In this document: positions 43,097 to 52,459 of the stretch, in pieces
How positions within the stretch are numbered: the stretch's first letter is position 1
Layout: each line of letters begins with the position of its first letter
DNA from: Patescibacteria group bacterium
Lineage (GTDB): Bacteria > Patescibacteriota > Microgenomatia > UBA1400 > PJMF01
Direction: 5' to 3'
Assembly: GCA_016861205.1 (NCBI GenBank)
Contig: BOKX01000001.1
Span: 988,758-1,052,757, forward strand
DNA length: 64,000 nucleotides
Made by a program: the position numbers and the translations under genes
Notes under the pieces: generated by a model
The model's database searches: none
Told to the model about the DNA's origin: nothing
The model's input: only the letters and a program-made list of their open reading frames with translations

Positions 43097-44017
43097 ATGG
43101 GATTTGAGAGTCGTTATCGAACTGAGCCAACTCATCTTATTTCTACTACAGACCAAGCGTATCCCGAATGGTTGCGAAGGTGCTCAGACCATCCAGAGCA
43201 GTTGTTTGTCAAAGGTACCTGGCCTTGGGGTGAGCCCCAACTCGATAGACCAAGTTTGGCAGTGATTGGAACTCGTCATCCTACCGTGTATGGTGCCACT
43301 GCGACTCAAACACTGATCCGGCAGCTAGCCCACGTTCGGCCAATTATTGTGTCTGGCGCAATGGTGGGGATTGATAGCCTATCTCACCATGCAGCTTTAG
43401 CACAGAAGCTTACTACGGTCGGAGTATTAGGATACGGGTTTGAGCATTGTTATCCGAGTTCTCAACTTGAGTTGTTTGAGACAATTTTAGCCAATGGAGG
43501 CTGTTTAGTTAGTGAGTACCCACCAGCTGTTGGGCCGCGCAAACACCAGTTTGTGCATCGCAACCGAATCATTGCAGGTTTGGCGCAGATGGTGATTGTA
43601 GTAGAGGCTGCCGAACAGAGTGGAACGATGATCACAGTCCAGTACGCACTCGACTACGGGCGAAGCGTGGGAGCAGTGCCAGGCCCCATTACAAATCCCT
43701 ACAGTGTTGGTACGAGTTGCTTACTAAATCAGGGGGCGGTGTGTGTCATCAATGGTCAAAGTGTTTTAGCCGAGATTGGCTGGGAAGGCAAGCCATTGTT
43801 AGCAGGGTCCAGTCAAGGTGAGCATCCGCACCAGCCGGTTCTGAGTGAGCCAGTGTCAGCCAAACTTTGGGAAACACTGCAGGCGCAGCCCCAGTCAATT
43901 GACCAACTCGCCGCAGTGGTGTCAGCCCCGCTCGATCAAATCTTAGTGGTTCTCAGCGGTTGGGAACTGGCTGGCTGGGTGATGTTTGCTCATGGTGTTT
44001 GGATGCCTGCTCGCTGA
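43097..44017 (+). CDS. dprA: DNA-processing protein DprA (Smf)
   Basis: Rossmann-like DprA core: LAVIGTRHPTVYG…IIVSGAMVGIDSLSHHAAL…IIAGL…VVVEAAEQSGTMIT. C-terminal winged-helix-like region. Confidence 0.8.
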   Translation: MGFESRYRTEPTHLISTTDQAYPEWLRRCSDHPEQLFVKGTWPWGEPQLDRPSLAVIGTRHPTVYGATATQTLIRQLAHVRPIIVSGAMVGIDSLSHHAALAQKLTTVGVLGYGFEHCYPSSQLELFETILANGGCLVSEYPPAVGPRKHQFVHRNRIIAGLAQMVIVVEAAEQSGTMITVQYALDYGRSVGAVPGPITNPYSVGTSCLLNQGAVCVINGQSVLAEIGWEGKPLLAGSSQGEHPHQPVLSEPVSAKLWETLQAQPQSIDQLAAVVSAPLDQILVVLSGWELAGWVMFAHGVWMPAR

Positions 44018-44050
44018 AGAAGTTGCATGAGTGTGTCATAATGCCGGGAT

Positions 44051-46303
44051 ATGTCGTTGGTTATCGTAGAATCTCCTACCAAAGCTCGCAAGTTGGCCGA
44101 ATACTTGGGCAGCAAGTACACAGTTATGGCTTCTGTGGGTCACGTTCGTGACTTGCCGAAGAGCGAGTTGGGTATTGATATCGATCATGATTTCGAGCCC
44201 ACGTACGTGGTTGATGCTGGTAAGCGCGACGTCGTTAAAAAACTGCGTGATTTGGCCGAACGTAACGAAGTTGTGTACTTAGCTACTGACCCTGACCGAG
44301 AAGGCGAAGCCATTGCTTGGCACGTTCAATACTTGTTAACAAACCAATCTGGTAGCAAATCAAAGAGGTCAAACGATCCCAAGTTCTATCGGGCTGTTTT
44401 CCACGAGATTACCAAGCAAGCTGTGCAGTCGGCGATTGCCAATCCGATTCAGCTCAATCAAGATTTAGTTAATGCGCAGCAAGCGAGACGGGTAGTTGAT
44501 CGCCTGGTGGGTTACCAAGTTTCACCGGTGTTGTGGCGAAAAGTCCGACGCGGTCTTTCAGCTGGTCGTGTTCAGTCGGTGGCGTTGCGTCTGATTGTCG
44601 AGCGTGAGCGAGAGATTCAAGCTTTCGTGCCCGAAGAGTATTGGGAACTGGATGTGTTGTTGTCACTCAATGGAGGCCAACTTGGTATTTCAGTCAGCGG
44701 TGATCCGTTGACCAAACCTGCGTGGCTAGATAATCCACCCGCCGACACATTGGTCGCCCGAGTCATCAAAATCGATGAGAAAAACTTTGAACCGCAGTCG
44801 GCTGCCATGGCTGAACCAATTTTACGGTGGTTGCCAGGAGCGCAGTATCAAGTTTCGAGCATCGAGCGCAAACGCCGCGAACGAGTCAGTTTGCCGCCAT
44901 TTACGACCTCAACGTTACAGCAAGCAGCCGCGAATCGATTGGGTTTTACCAGTAAGCAGACCATGAGTTTGGCTCAGCAGCTATACGAAGAAGGTCTGAT
45001 TACGTATCACCGGACTGATGCGGTGGCTTTGTCGCAGTCAGCTATTGAAATGGCTCGTGCGCACATTGCTCATCACTATGGCTCAGAGTACGTGCCGGTG
45101 CAACCGCGTCGATTTTCAACCAAGTCCAAAAACGCCCAAGAGGCTCACGAAGCCATCCGGGTGACCGACGTCAAAATCAGTGCCAACGCAGTGGCTGGGC
45201 GAGGGGCAAAATTGGGTGACCGACATGCTAAGCTGTACGACTTAATTTGGCGACGCTTTGTGGCCAGTCAAATGGCGGCCTCAGTTTCAGATCAAACCAC
45301 TATTCTGATCGAAGCTCGAGGTGGGGCAGCTGACGGACAACCAAGTTCGGCCCAACTGAAAGCTACTGGCTCAGTAATGACTTTTGATGGCTGGACAAAG
45401 TTGTTTCCGGCCAGCGATGATCGCCTGCTGCCAGCAGTTCAAGATAACCAAGCCCTACAGTACCAAGTTCATCATGGTGCCCAAAAGTTTACCCAGCCAC
45501 CAGCTCGGTACAACGATGCCTCGTTAGTCAAAGAGTTGGAAAAACGGGGAATTGGCCGCCCGAGTACATATGCTTCAATCATCTCTGTTTTGGTCGATCG
45601 TGGATATGTGGAACGGCTAGAGAAAAGGTTTGTGCCTACGGCTGTTGGTATGGCTGTCGCAGATTTTCTGCTGCAGCATTTCCGAGTTTTTATGGAGTAC
45701 GATTTTACGGCTGAAATGGAAGAAGATCTGGACCGAATTGCCCGAGGTGAACGCGAGTGGCACAAGGTGGTCAAAGCTTTTTATCAACCACTAGCCCAGA
45801 TCATCGCCCAGGTGACAAAACAAGCCGAACGAGTCCAGATTCCGGTTGAAGAGACTGGCGAGAGTTGTCCGACTTGCGGTGCCACAGAGGGTGGGCGAGT
45901 GGTTATTCGCTCTGGTCGTTTTGGCAAGTTCCGCAGTTGCAATCGATTCCCTGAGTGCGATTACACTGAAAACATTGTTGAAAAAGTGGCTGATCAAAAG
46001 TGTCCGCTGTGTCAAAAAGGGGAAGTGATTATCAAGCCCAGTCGATGGGGTAAATCATTTTTTGGCTGCTCCCGCTATCCAGAATGTAAGTGGGCGAGTT
46101 GGAAAAAACCTGAACCAGGATTGGTAATTACGGAGGCTGAGTGGGCGGATATGCAGGCAGAACGAGAAGCTAAAAAGGCTGCCAAGTTAGCTAAGAATGG
46201 TGGTAAGCCCGCATCAAAAACTGCCGGTCGAAGCACATCATCTGCGAAAAAAACACCTAAAAAAAGCCCGCGGTCAAAGTCGACGAAGGCGGCCAAAGCG
46301 TAA
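44051..46303 (+). CDS. topA: DNA topoisomerase I
   Basis: N-terminal Toprim (LVIVESPTKARKLAEYLG…), TOP1A core, C-terminal Cys4 zinc ribbons (CPTCG…, CPLCQ…C) and a Lys-rich tail. 750 aa. Confidence 0.95.
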   Translation: MSLVIVESPTKARKLAEYLGSKYTVMASVGHVRDLPKSELGIDIDHDFEPTYVVDAGKRDVVKKLRDLAERNEVVYLATDPDREGEAIAWHVQYLLTNQSGSKSKRSNDPKFYRAVFHEITKQAVQSAIANPIQLNQDLVNAQQARRVVDRLVGYQVSPVLWRKVRRGLSAGRVQSVALRLIVEREREIQAFVPEEYWELDVLLSLNGGQLGISVSGDPLTKPAWLDNPPADTLVARVIKIDEKNFEPQSAAMAEPILRWLPGAQYQVSSIERKRRERVSLPPFTTSTLQQAAANRLGFTSKQTMSLAQQLYEEGLITYHRTDAVALSQSAIEMARAHIAHHYGSEYVPVQPRRFSTKSKNAQEAHEAIRVTDVKISANAVAGRGAKLGDRHAKLYDLIWRRFVASQMAASVSDQTTILIEARGGAADGQPSSAQLKATGSVMTFDGWTKLFPASDDRLLPAVQDNQALQYQVHHGAQKFTQPPARYNDASLVKELEKRGIGRPSTYASIISVLVDRGYVERLEKRFVPTAVGMAVADFLLQHFRVFMEYDFTAEMEEDLDRIARGEREWHKVVKAFYQPLAQIIAQVTKQAERVQIPVEETGESCPTCGATEGGRVVIRSGRFGKFRSCNRFPECDYTENIVEKVADQKCPLCQKGEVIIKPSRWGKSFFGCSRYPECKWASWKKPEPGLVITEAEWADMQAEREAKKAAKLAKNGGKPASKTAGRSTSSAKKTPKKSPRSKSTKAAKA

Positions 46304-46321
46304 CTACCAATCATCAGGCTT

Positions 46322-46906
46322 ATGAAAATTGGTTTATTCGGAGCTGCTTTTGATCCACCACATCTTGGTCATCAACATTTGATTGCTGAGTTATTGAAAG
46401 CCAACCTGGTTGATCAGGTATGGGTTGTGCCTGTCAAAAGTCACCCCTTTGCCAAACCTCTTAGCCCAGTCGAACACCGCTTGGCTATGGTGAAGCTGAT
46501 GCTCGCTGCTTTGCAGACAGAGGGCTGGGGCCCTGAGCAAGTACGTCTTGAGACGTATGAACTGGATCAACCCGGGGTAAGTTACTCGTACCAAACACTA
46601 CAGTACTTTGCAGGCGCTTATCCAGACCACACCTTTAGCTGGATCATAGGGGCTGATAACGTAGCCAATTTTGCCAAGTGGCATCACTACCAAGAATTAC
46701 TCGCTCAACATCAGGTGTTAATCTACCCACGACCAGGTTACAGCATGGAACCACTCTTGCCAGGCATGGTGCCACTGGACGCAGTGACGCCCATGGCGGC
46801 CTCATCAACAGAGGCTCGAAAAGTACTGGCTGAAGCAGCTAGCGACACGACGAAGCTTGTATTACCAGAGGTTGCCCAGTATAGTAAGCAGCATCAGCTC
46901 TATTGA
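46322..46906 (+). CDS. nadD: Nicotinate-nucleotide adenylyltransferase
   Basis: GLFGAAFDPPHLGH (HxGH nucleotidyltransferase motif), …WIIGADN… ISxDxR-like region. 194 aa. Confidence 0.85.
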   Translation: MKIGLFGAAFDPPHLGHQHLIAELLKANLVDQVWVVPVKSHPFAKPLSPVEHRLAMVKLMLAALQTEGWGPEQVRLETYELDQPGVSYSYQTLQYFAGAYPDHTFSWIIGADNVANFAKWHHYQELLAQHQVLIYPRPGYSMEPLLPGMVPLDAVTPMAASSTEARKVLAEAASDTTKLVLPEVAQYSKQHQLY

Positions 46907-46909
46907 GAC

Positions 46910-47722
46910 ATGGCACCCTTTATGACCCTTCACCTTTCCAGTCCCGATCAAACCCTCAACGCTTTAGTTGAGTTTATTCGCCACACTTTTGACACCCAAA
47001 AAAAACAGCTTGCAGTGGTTGCTGTTTCTGGTGGCATCGACTCAGCTCTAGCTCTGACCCTAGTGACGCGCGCGTTGGGTACAGCTCGAGTTCGACCACT
47101 TTTTTTGCCATACCAAAATCAGAGCACTGCCGATGCCGAGTTGATTTGCACTTGGAATCAAATACCGACGAGCCAATGGCAAGTGACTAACATTGAACCG
47201 ATCGTTCGCGCAGCGGCTGGCGCAGTTGGACTTGATCTGGAAGCCGGCGACGGACAGCCGATAGCCATGGAGCAAGTTAGGGTTGGCAACCTGATGGCTC
47301 GTGCCCGAATGATGGTGGTTTTTGACGTGGCCAAAAAATGGGATGCCCTGGTTTGCGGCACTGAAAACAAGTCAGAGCATTACTTGGGTTACTTCACTCG
47401 GTTTGGTGATGCAGCCTCAGATTTAGAACCCATTAGCACCCTCTACAAGACGCAGGTTCGCCAGTTAGCGACACATCTTGGTTTACCGGAGCAGTTGATC
47501 ACGAAACCGCCCTCAGCTGGTTTGTGGCAGCATCAAACAGATGAAGACGAGTTGGGTTTCACTTATGAACAAGCTGATCAGGTTTTGCAACAAGTGATCG
47601 ATGAAGGGACGCTGTCAGCTCCCAAGGTGGTGCCGGGCATAGATCCCGACATCCAAGCCAAAGTGATTGGCCAAGTTAAGTCATCTGCTTTTAAGCGGGT
47701 GGTGCCGTATGTGCTAGAGTAA
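46910..47722 (+). CDS. nadE: NH3-dependent NAD+ synthetase
   Basis: PP-loop SGGIDS, about 270 aa, adjacent to nadD. Confidence 0.85.
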   Translation: MAPFMTLHLSSPDQTLNALVEFIRHTFDTQKKQLAVVAVSGGIDSALALTLVTRALGTARVRPLFLPYQNQSTADAELICTWNQIPTSQWQVTNIEPIVRAAAGAVGLDLEAGDGQPIAMEQVRVGNLMARARMMVVFDVAKKWDALVCGTENKSEHYLGYFTRFGDAASDLEPISTLYKTQVRQLATHLGLPEQLITKPPSAGLWQHQTDEDELGFTYEQADQVLQQVIDEGTLSAPKVVPGIDPDIQAKVIGQVKSSAFKRVVPYVLE

Positions 47723-47747
47723 AGCAAGAGAGTACGAAGAAAGTTCC

Positions 47748-48365
47748 ATGACACCCGCACCGTTGCACTCACAAATCGTGACCGAGTTTACCGAGCTTGC
47801 ACCACTGGTGGAGCGTTTTCGCCAAGCAGGCCAGCGCATTGTGCTGACCCAAGGCGTTTTTGACCTGGTTCATATTGGTCATGCCCGCTATTGCCAAGTC
47901 GCAAAGCAGTTTGGTGATGTACTGATTGTGGGCGTGGACAGTGATGAGAAAGTGCGCACTCGCAAAGGGCCGGACCGACCGGTCGTTCCCCAAGCAGAAC
48001 GGATGGAGATGGTGGCTCATCTGGCGGCAGTTGATGTGGTAGTGCTCAAACAGCTAGACGAGCCAAAGTGGAAACTAATCAAGACGGTCAAACCGGATGT
48101 CTTAGTGGCGACCCAGGATACCTACACACCTGAGCAAGTGGCGGAGTTGCAGAAAATCTGTGGTCGAGTGGTGGTGTTGGAGCCCATGGCCACCACCAGT
48201 ACCAGTGCTAAGTTGCGCCGTCTGCAGATCGGCGCTGCCCAAAAAATTTCTGATCAACTGAGTCAAAAACTGATTGAAACCATCGAAAATGTGTTAGCCG
48301 AGTTGAAAGGGGAACGACCACATGTCCGCAAGACCCGCCGACCGCGCGCCAAAGCCAAACGGTAA
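47748..48365 (+). CDS. Cytidylyltransferase-like nucleotidyltransferase (RfaE domain II/HldE-adenylyltransferase-like) with a basic C-terminal tail
   Basis: VLTQGVFDLVHIGHARYCQVAKQFGDVLIVGVDSDEKVRTRKGPDRPVVPQAERMEMVAHLAAVDVVV matches the (T/H)xGH…GVNSDxSV…RP…ER core of this family. Confidence 0.55.
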   Translation: MTPAPLHSQIVTEFTELAPLVERFRQAGQRIVLTQGVFDLVHIGHARYCQVAKQFGDVLIVGVDSDEKVRTRKGPDRPVVPQAERMEMVAHLAAVDVVVLKQLDEPKWKLIKTVKPDVLVATQDTYTPEQVAELQKICGRVVVLEPMATTSTSAKLRRLQIGAAQKISDQLSQKLIETIENVLAELKGERPHVRKTRRPRAKAKR

Positions 48366-49206
48366 AACTATCTTGATTGCGTACGTGCCGGTGGTTCACA
48401 CGGGGTACTTAGAGTGGTTTGCCCGGTTTCCTGAGGTTACGGAACTGTGGCTGTTGGGCCGGGAGTTGATTCCCGAGTACAGAGCGTTACTCAAAGATCT
48501 GCGGGCCATCGAACCAACTGCCATGGTGTCTCTGTTACACAGTTTACAACGCTTTTCGAACATCCAAGTGGCCACGCCGGCAGACTTAACCCAACTGGCT
48601 GCCAGTGGGTATCATGTGATTGCCCCAGACGAGGATATTTCCAGACAAGTTATCTTGCAGTACTTCTCGCCCGACCAAGTCACGTTTGACACGGTTTTCT
48701 TGCGCTGGGAAGCAGTGCGAACCACGGTCGCTCACGAATTAGAACCAGACGTTGAGGTGTCCGAAGCCGAGTTTGATCGCCAGATGATGCAGGCGGCGCG
48801 CGATGCCGCTCAGCACAGCTCAGACTGGTGGCGACAAGTAGGTGCGGCTTTGGTGATTGGTGAAGAGCTGAAGCTGGTGGTGCGTAATCGTCACTTGCCT
48901 CAGGACCTGCAGCACTACAGCGATGGCGATCCGCGGGCTCTGTTCCAAAGCGGCGAACAGATTGAGTTCACAAGTTCCATTCATGCCGAGGCGGAGTTGA
49001 TTGCTCAAGTAGCCAAACAAGGTCTCAAAATTGAGGGAGCGAGTGTGTACTGTACCACTTTTCCTTGTCCGGTTTGTGCCAAGTTGCTGGCTCGGGCGGG
49101 GATAGCCAAACTGTACTACAGTGATGGCTATAGCTTGCTGGATGGTGAAAATGTGCTCAAGAATGCCGGGGTGCAAGTAGTGAAAGTAGTTAGCACTCCA
49201 AAGTAG
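48322..49206 (+). CDS. dCMP/CMP deaminase (zinc-dependent) fused to an uncharacterised N-terminal domain of about 150 aa
   Basis: C-terminal HAEAELI…CTTFPCPVCAKLL is the cytidine/deoxycytidylate deaminase H(A)E…PCxxC zinc site. The N-terminal half has no recognised motif. The start overlaps the preceding gene by about 44 nt, so it may be later. Confidence 0.7.
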   Translation: MSARPADRAPKPNGKTILIAYVPVVHTGYLEWFARFPEVTELWLLGRELIPEYRALLKDLRAIEPTAMVSLLHSLQRFSNIQVATPADLTQLAASGYHVIAPDEDISRQVILQYFSPDQVTFDTVFLRWEAVRTTVAHELEPDVEVSEAEFDRQMMQAARDAAQHSSDWWRQVGAALVIGEELKLVVRNRHLPQDLQHYSDGDPRALFQSGEQIEFTSSIHAEAELIAQVAKQGLKIEGASVYCTTFPCPVCAKLLARAGIAKLYYSDGYSLLDGENVLKNAGVQVVKVVSTPK

Positions 49207-49235
49207 GTGCGCAACTCGCCAACCAAGCCGGGGAT

Positions 49236-49700
49236 TTACTTCCGATTTTTGCCAAGTTTGACGCGGACCGGTTCAAAATCAGGGTCAGTGATTTCTGGCA
49301 CAATGAGTTGAGCGTGCAGGTGTGCCACTGTCCCAGCCGAAAACTGAGTGTCACCAAACCGCAGCGACAAGCCACCGCCGGGGAGGTCATAGCGCTCAGC
49401 CACTTGCCGAAGTAACTCAAACAACTCACCACCCATCTCAGTTGTTACCTCAGAGATGTGGGTAAGGTGCGCTTTGGAAATAATCATGAATTGGTGCCGA
49501 GTATGTTTGTATGGCCATTGGTTGGTAGTGACGAGCCAGTGTTTTCCCTCAAGCAAAGTGGGCTGATGATGATACTTGGCCAGATTCTCCAAGCAAAACG
49601 GGCACTCGCCGGCGGCCACAATCTCGGTCATGACCGCGTGTTGCTCGGGCAAGCGAGTGTTATCGATATCGACGAGTTGTGTGGATTTGGTTGGTGACAT
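49236..49700 (-). CDS. HIT-family protein (nucleotide hydrolase/transferase)
   Basis: Histidine triad …VAHLHAQLIV… (HxHxHxx) near the C-terminus. 154 aa. Confidence 0.65.
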   Translation of the reverse strand: MSPTKSTQLVDIDNTRLPEQHAVMTEIVAAGECPFCLENLAKYHHQPTLLEGKHWLVTTNQWPYKHTRHQFMIISKAHLTHISEVTTEMGGELFELLRQVAERYDLPGGGLSLRFGDTQFSAGTVAHLHAQLIVPEITDPDFEPVRVKLGKNRK

Positions 49701-49706
49701 GTTGGT

Positions 49707-50675
49707 TTAGATCGCCACGGGAATGGCGCGAATTCCTGGGTGTGGGTGATAGTCATGGAGCTCAAAATCATCGTAGCGAAAGGCGAACAAATCTTTTTTG
49801 GTCGGATCTTTGATGGTGACGGTGGGCAGCGGTCGCGGCTCGCGGCTGAGCATGGTTTGAACAGCTTCCACTTGGTCTACATAAATGTGGGCATCTGAGA
49901 AACTGTGAATGTACTCATCTGGTTCGAGTCCGGTTACCTGGGCGATCATCAACAGTAAGGCAGCATACTGGACCATGTTGGCTGGTACCCCTACCGGCAC
50001 ATCAGCCGAGCGTTGCATCATGTGGAGGGTCAGTTTGCCATCCAGCACGCGCAAGTGAATCCAGCCGTGGCAGGGAGCCACGACCACTTTTTGCTGTTTG
50101 CCCGTGCCGCGAATGGTGTACTGCGGAATCCAAGGGGTGATGTAGTGAGTTCGCAGGTGGGGGAACTCTTTAATCTGTTCAACGATGTTTTGAAATTGGT
50201 TGTAGGTGGGACCTTCGGTGGTGGGGAAGTCGTGGAAGGCGGCCCCATACGAGCCTGGACCCAGGTCGCCAGTCTCCAAACCCCGTTTGCGACACTTGGC
50301 TTCCGTGCCCCAAGGCGCCCACCAGTAGCAGCCAAAATTTTCCAGCTGTTCCAAAGTGCGCGCGCCGTTGATAAAACCACAAATCTCACCAATGGCTTGA
50401 TGCCAAATAGTCACGGGCAACCGCTCAGAGGTGGCGGGACTCATGTTGCGCTCGGTAATCATCGGGAATGCTTCACGGACCTTAAATCGCATTGGAGGTG
50501 GCGCCATCAGCGTAATCGCATCAGTTTCTTGTTGAGTCTGGGTTCGGTGACCATAGTCCAAGATAGTTTGCAGCACTTGTCGGTACTGGCCTTCGGGAGC
50601 GGTGTCAAAGTTGGCGTACCCGCTGGGCGAAGTTGTTTTAGTAGTGGGTTGGGTGGTTTTGTCGGAGTGGATCAT
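49707..50675 (-). CDS. thyA: Thymidylate synthase (ThyA family) with an N-terminal extension of about 30 aa
   Basis: Catalytic Cys in APCHGW. MQRSADVPVGVPANMVQYAALLLMIA (cf. [21 protein letters not shown]). C-terminal LSREPRPLPTV…YDDFELHDYHPHPGIRAIPVAI matches the E. coli ThyA C-terminus nearly residue-for-residue. Confidence 0.85.
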   Translation of the reverse strand: MIHSDKTTQPTTKTTSPSGYANFDTAPEGQYRQVLQTILDYGHRTQTQQETDAITLMAPPPMRFKVREAFPMITERNMSPATSERLPVTIWHQAIGEICGFINGARTLEQLENFGCYWWAPWGTEAKCRKRGLETGDLGPGSYGAAFHDFPTTEGPTYNQFQNIVEQIKEFPHLRTHYITPWIPQYTIRGTGKQQKVVVAPCHGWIHLRVLDGKLTLHMMQRSADVPVGVPANMVQYAALLLMIAQVTGLEPDEYIHSFSDAHIYVDQVEAVQTMLSREPRPLPTVTIKDPTKKDLFAFRYDDFELHDYHPHPGIRAIPVAI

Positions 50676-50722
50676 AAGCGTTCTAGTGTTATCTCGGTTC
50701 TCATGCTACTCTAACAACCGAC

Positions 50723-51151
50723 ATGTCACAAGTCAAAATCAAACAGTTCGACCCAAGTTTGCCATTTCCGGCGTATCAGTCACCTCGAGCAGCGGCGTTT
50801 GACTTGGTAGCGCGAGTCTCAGTTGAGATTAAACCTGGCCAGGTCGAACGAGTGCCATTGAATGTAGCTATTCAAGTCCCACCCAACCACTGGGTGCTCT
50901 TGGCAGCCCGCAGTTCACTCTACAAAAAGGGCCTGACTATGATCAACGGGATTGGGATTGGCGATGAAGATTTTGCGGGTAACGATGACGAGTACCAGGC
51001 AGCTTTGCAAAACTTTACAACTGAACCGGTGACGGTTCAAAAAGGCGACAGAATTGCCCAAGCCATTATTTTACCTCGAGAACAAATGGAGCTAGTGGCT
51101 GTGTCACAGCTTGACCAACCCAATCGAGGTGGGTTTGGGAGCACGGGGTGA
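50723..51151 (+). CDS. dut: dUTP pyrophosphatase
   Basis: 142 aa with dUTPase motifs (…AAFDLVA…, …RSSL…GL…, …GDRIAQ…, C-terminal …RGGFGSTG). Confidence 0.85.
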   Translation: MSQVKIKQFDPSLPFPAYQSPRAAAFDLVARVSVEIKPGQVERVPLNVAIQVPPNHWVLLAARSSLYKKGLTMINGIGIGDEDFAGNDDEYQAALQNFTTEPVTVQKGDRIAQAIILPREQMELVAVSQLDQPNRGGFGSTG

Positions 51152-51675
51152 GTATGAACTGTTTTTTAATTGCCGCGGTGACGGCTGATGGCTTTATCGC
51201 TCGACATCCTGACGATCGGTCGTTTGACTGGACCAGCTTGGAAGACAAAAAGTTTTATGTGGACATGATTAAGCAGGCGGGGACCGTGGTGATGGGTCGC
51301 CAGACTTTTGGCACATTCACTCGCTACCCCAAAGGGCTGCAGTTTGTGATTTATACGCGCGAGCCAGCTAGTTTCCAAAACCCGAAGCCCGAGGTGATTG
51401 ACGCTTGGGCCACCCAACAAAGTCCAGCCGAACTGTTGGCCGACCTAGCCAAAAAAGGTTGTACAAATGTGGCTATTTGTGGCGGATCATCAATCTATAC
51501 TATGTTTATGAAAAGTGGACTGGTAACCAAGTTGTACCTGACCGTAGAGCCAGTTCTGTTCGGGCAGGGAGTAAGCTTATTTTCAGACAGTTTGGATCAG
51601 AACTTACAGTTGGTAGAGGTGAAAAAACTCTCCGACCAGACCATCGTCTTAGAGTACGATGTGCTGAAAGCTTAG
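51148..51675 (+). CDS. folA: Dihydrofolate reductase
   Basis: NCFLIAAVTADGFIAR…TVVMGRQTFG…ICGGSSIYTMFM…KLYLT aligns with DHFR beta-alpha-beta motifs. Start overlaps the dut stop (ATGA). Confidence 0.7.
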   Translation: MSMNCFLIAAVTADGFIARHPDDRSFDWTSLEDKKFYVDMIKQAGTVVMGRQTFGTFTRYPKGLQFVIYTREPASFQNPKPEVIDAWATQQSPAELLADLAKKGCTNVAICGGSSIYTMFMKSGLVTKLYLTVEPVLFGQGVSLFSDSLDQNLQLVEVKKLSDQTIVLEYDVLKA

Positions 51676-51698
51676 CGACAGAGACGGCTACTAGCGAG

Positions 51699-52343
51699 TT
51701 ACCGACTGCTGGAAGATTTGCGCCAGTCGCCGGTGGTGAATCGGTTTTTGCCTTTGACGTGCCAGTCGTTGGGATTGGACTCTTGAATGGCGTAAAAGAA
51801 CTCGCGGGCGGTTTCAGTGTACAGTTTGGTTTGGGCCACGTATTGGCGGCCGTCAAACGTGTCTTCGCCGAGACGAACTCCTCGGAACTCTTGTTCCTTC
51901 AACTCCAAGTCCACGTCCAGGGTGTCTGCGTCTTTGACGATCTTGGCTTCGATGGAGTCGCGTTCTTCATACTCTTTCCAGATAGCCATGAACTCCTCAC
52001 GCACAGCTGTTTCATGGAGAGTATCTTCCAAAGCTTCTTCTTCAAATCGTTCCACGTATTGGCGCGAGATATAGTGGGAGTCAACTGAGCGACTTTCTGA
52101 CAAGTCATGAATGAGTGCCATCTTGATGATTTTTTCAGTATTTTTAACCCCTTCATACCGGGCCAAAACTAAAGAAATCCAGATCACACGCAGAATGTGC
52201 TCACTCAAATTTTGAAAATCAGGATTCAAAAATTGTTTCCAAGTCCGCTGAATATGCCGCAAGCAGCCGATTTCGTACAAGAACTCGAGGTCACGAGCCA
52301 TGTCAAAGTCGGGAAGTGAAGGGGCAGAAGTTGTACTCATCAT
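51699..52343 (-). CDS. HD-domain 5'-deoxynucleotidase (YfbR-like)
   Basis: …NLSEHILRVIWISLVLA…MALIHDLSES… matches the YfbR H…HD…D metal-binding pattern. 214 aa. Confidence 0.6.
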   Translation of the reverse strand: MMSTTSAPSLPDFDMARDLEFLYEIGCLRHIQRTWKQFLNPDFQNLSEHILRVIWISLVLARYEGVKNTEKIIKMALIHDLSESRSVDSHYISRQYVERFEEEALEDTLHETAVREEFMAIWKEYEERDSIEAKIVKDADTLDVDLELKEQEFRGVRLGEDTFDGRQYVAQTKLYTETAREFFYAIQESNPNDWHVKGKNRFTTGDWRKSSSSR

Positions 52344-52459
52344 AACTATATTATACTGCTACAGCCATTTTAAAGCCAGTTGGCCCGCGAAAACACCACA
52401 TCTTGTTGAGCCTATAGTTGCCAACCACAACATCTGGGGTTCTGAGCTAGTTTGTCATA

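Noticed and set aside
48322-49206. Interpreting the fused dCMP deaminase as an anti-phage nucleotide-depletion effector
   Set aside because: It is embedded in a coherent housekeeping thymidylate pathway (thyA, dut, folA, tmk) and no P-loop kinase domain was recognised in the N-terminal part. It is mentioned only as an alternative inside the cluster finding.
50013-50714. 233-aa + strand ORF and other long ORFs antisense to thyA
   Set aside because: They are antisense to a ThyA gene that matches the family almost residue-for-residue at its C-terminus. They are a GC-rich antisense artefact.
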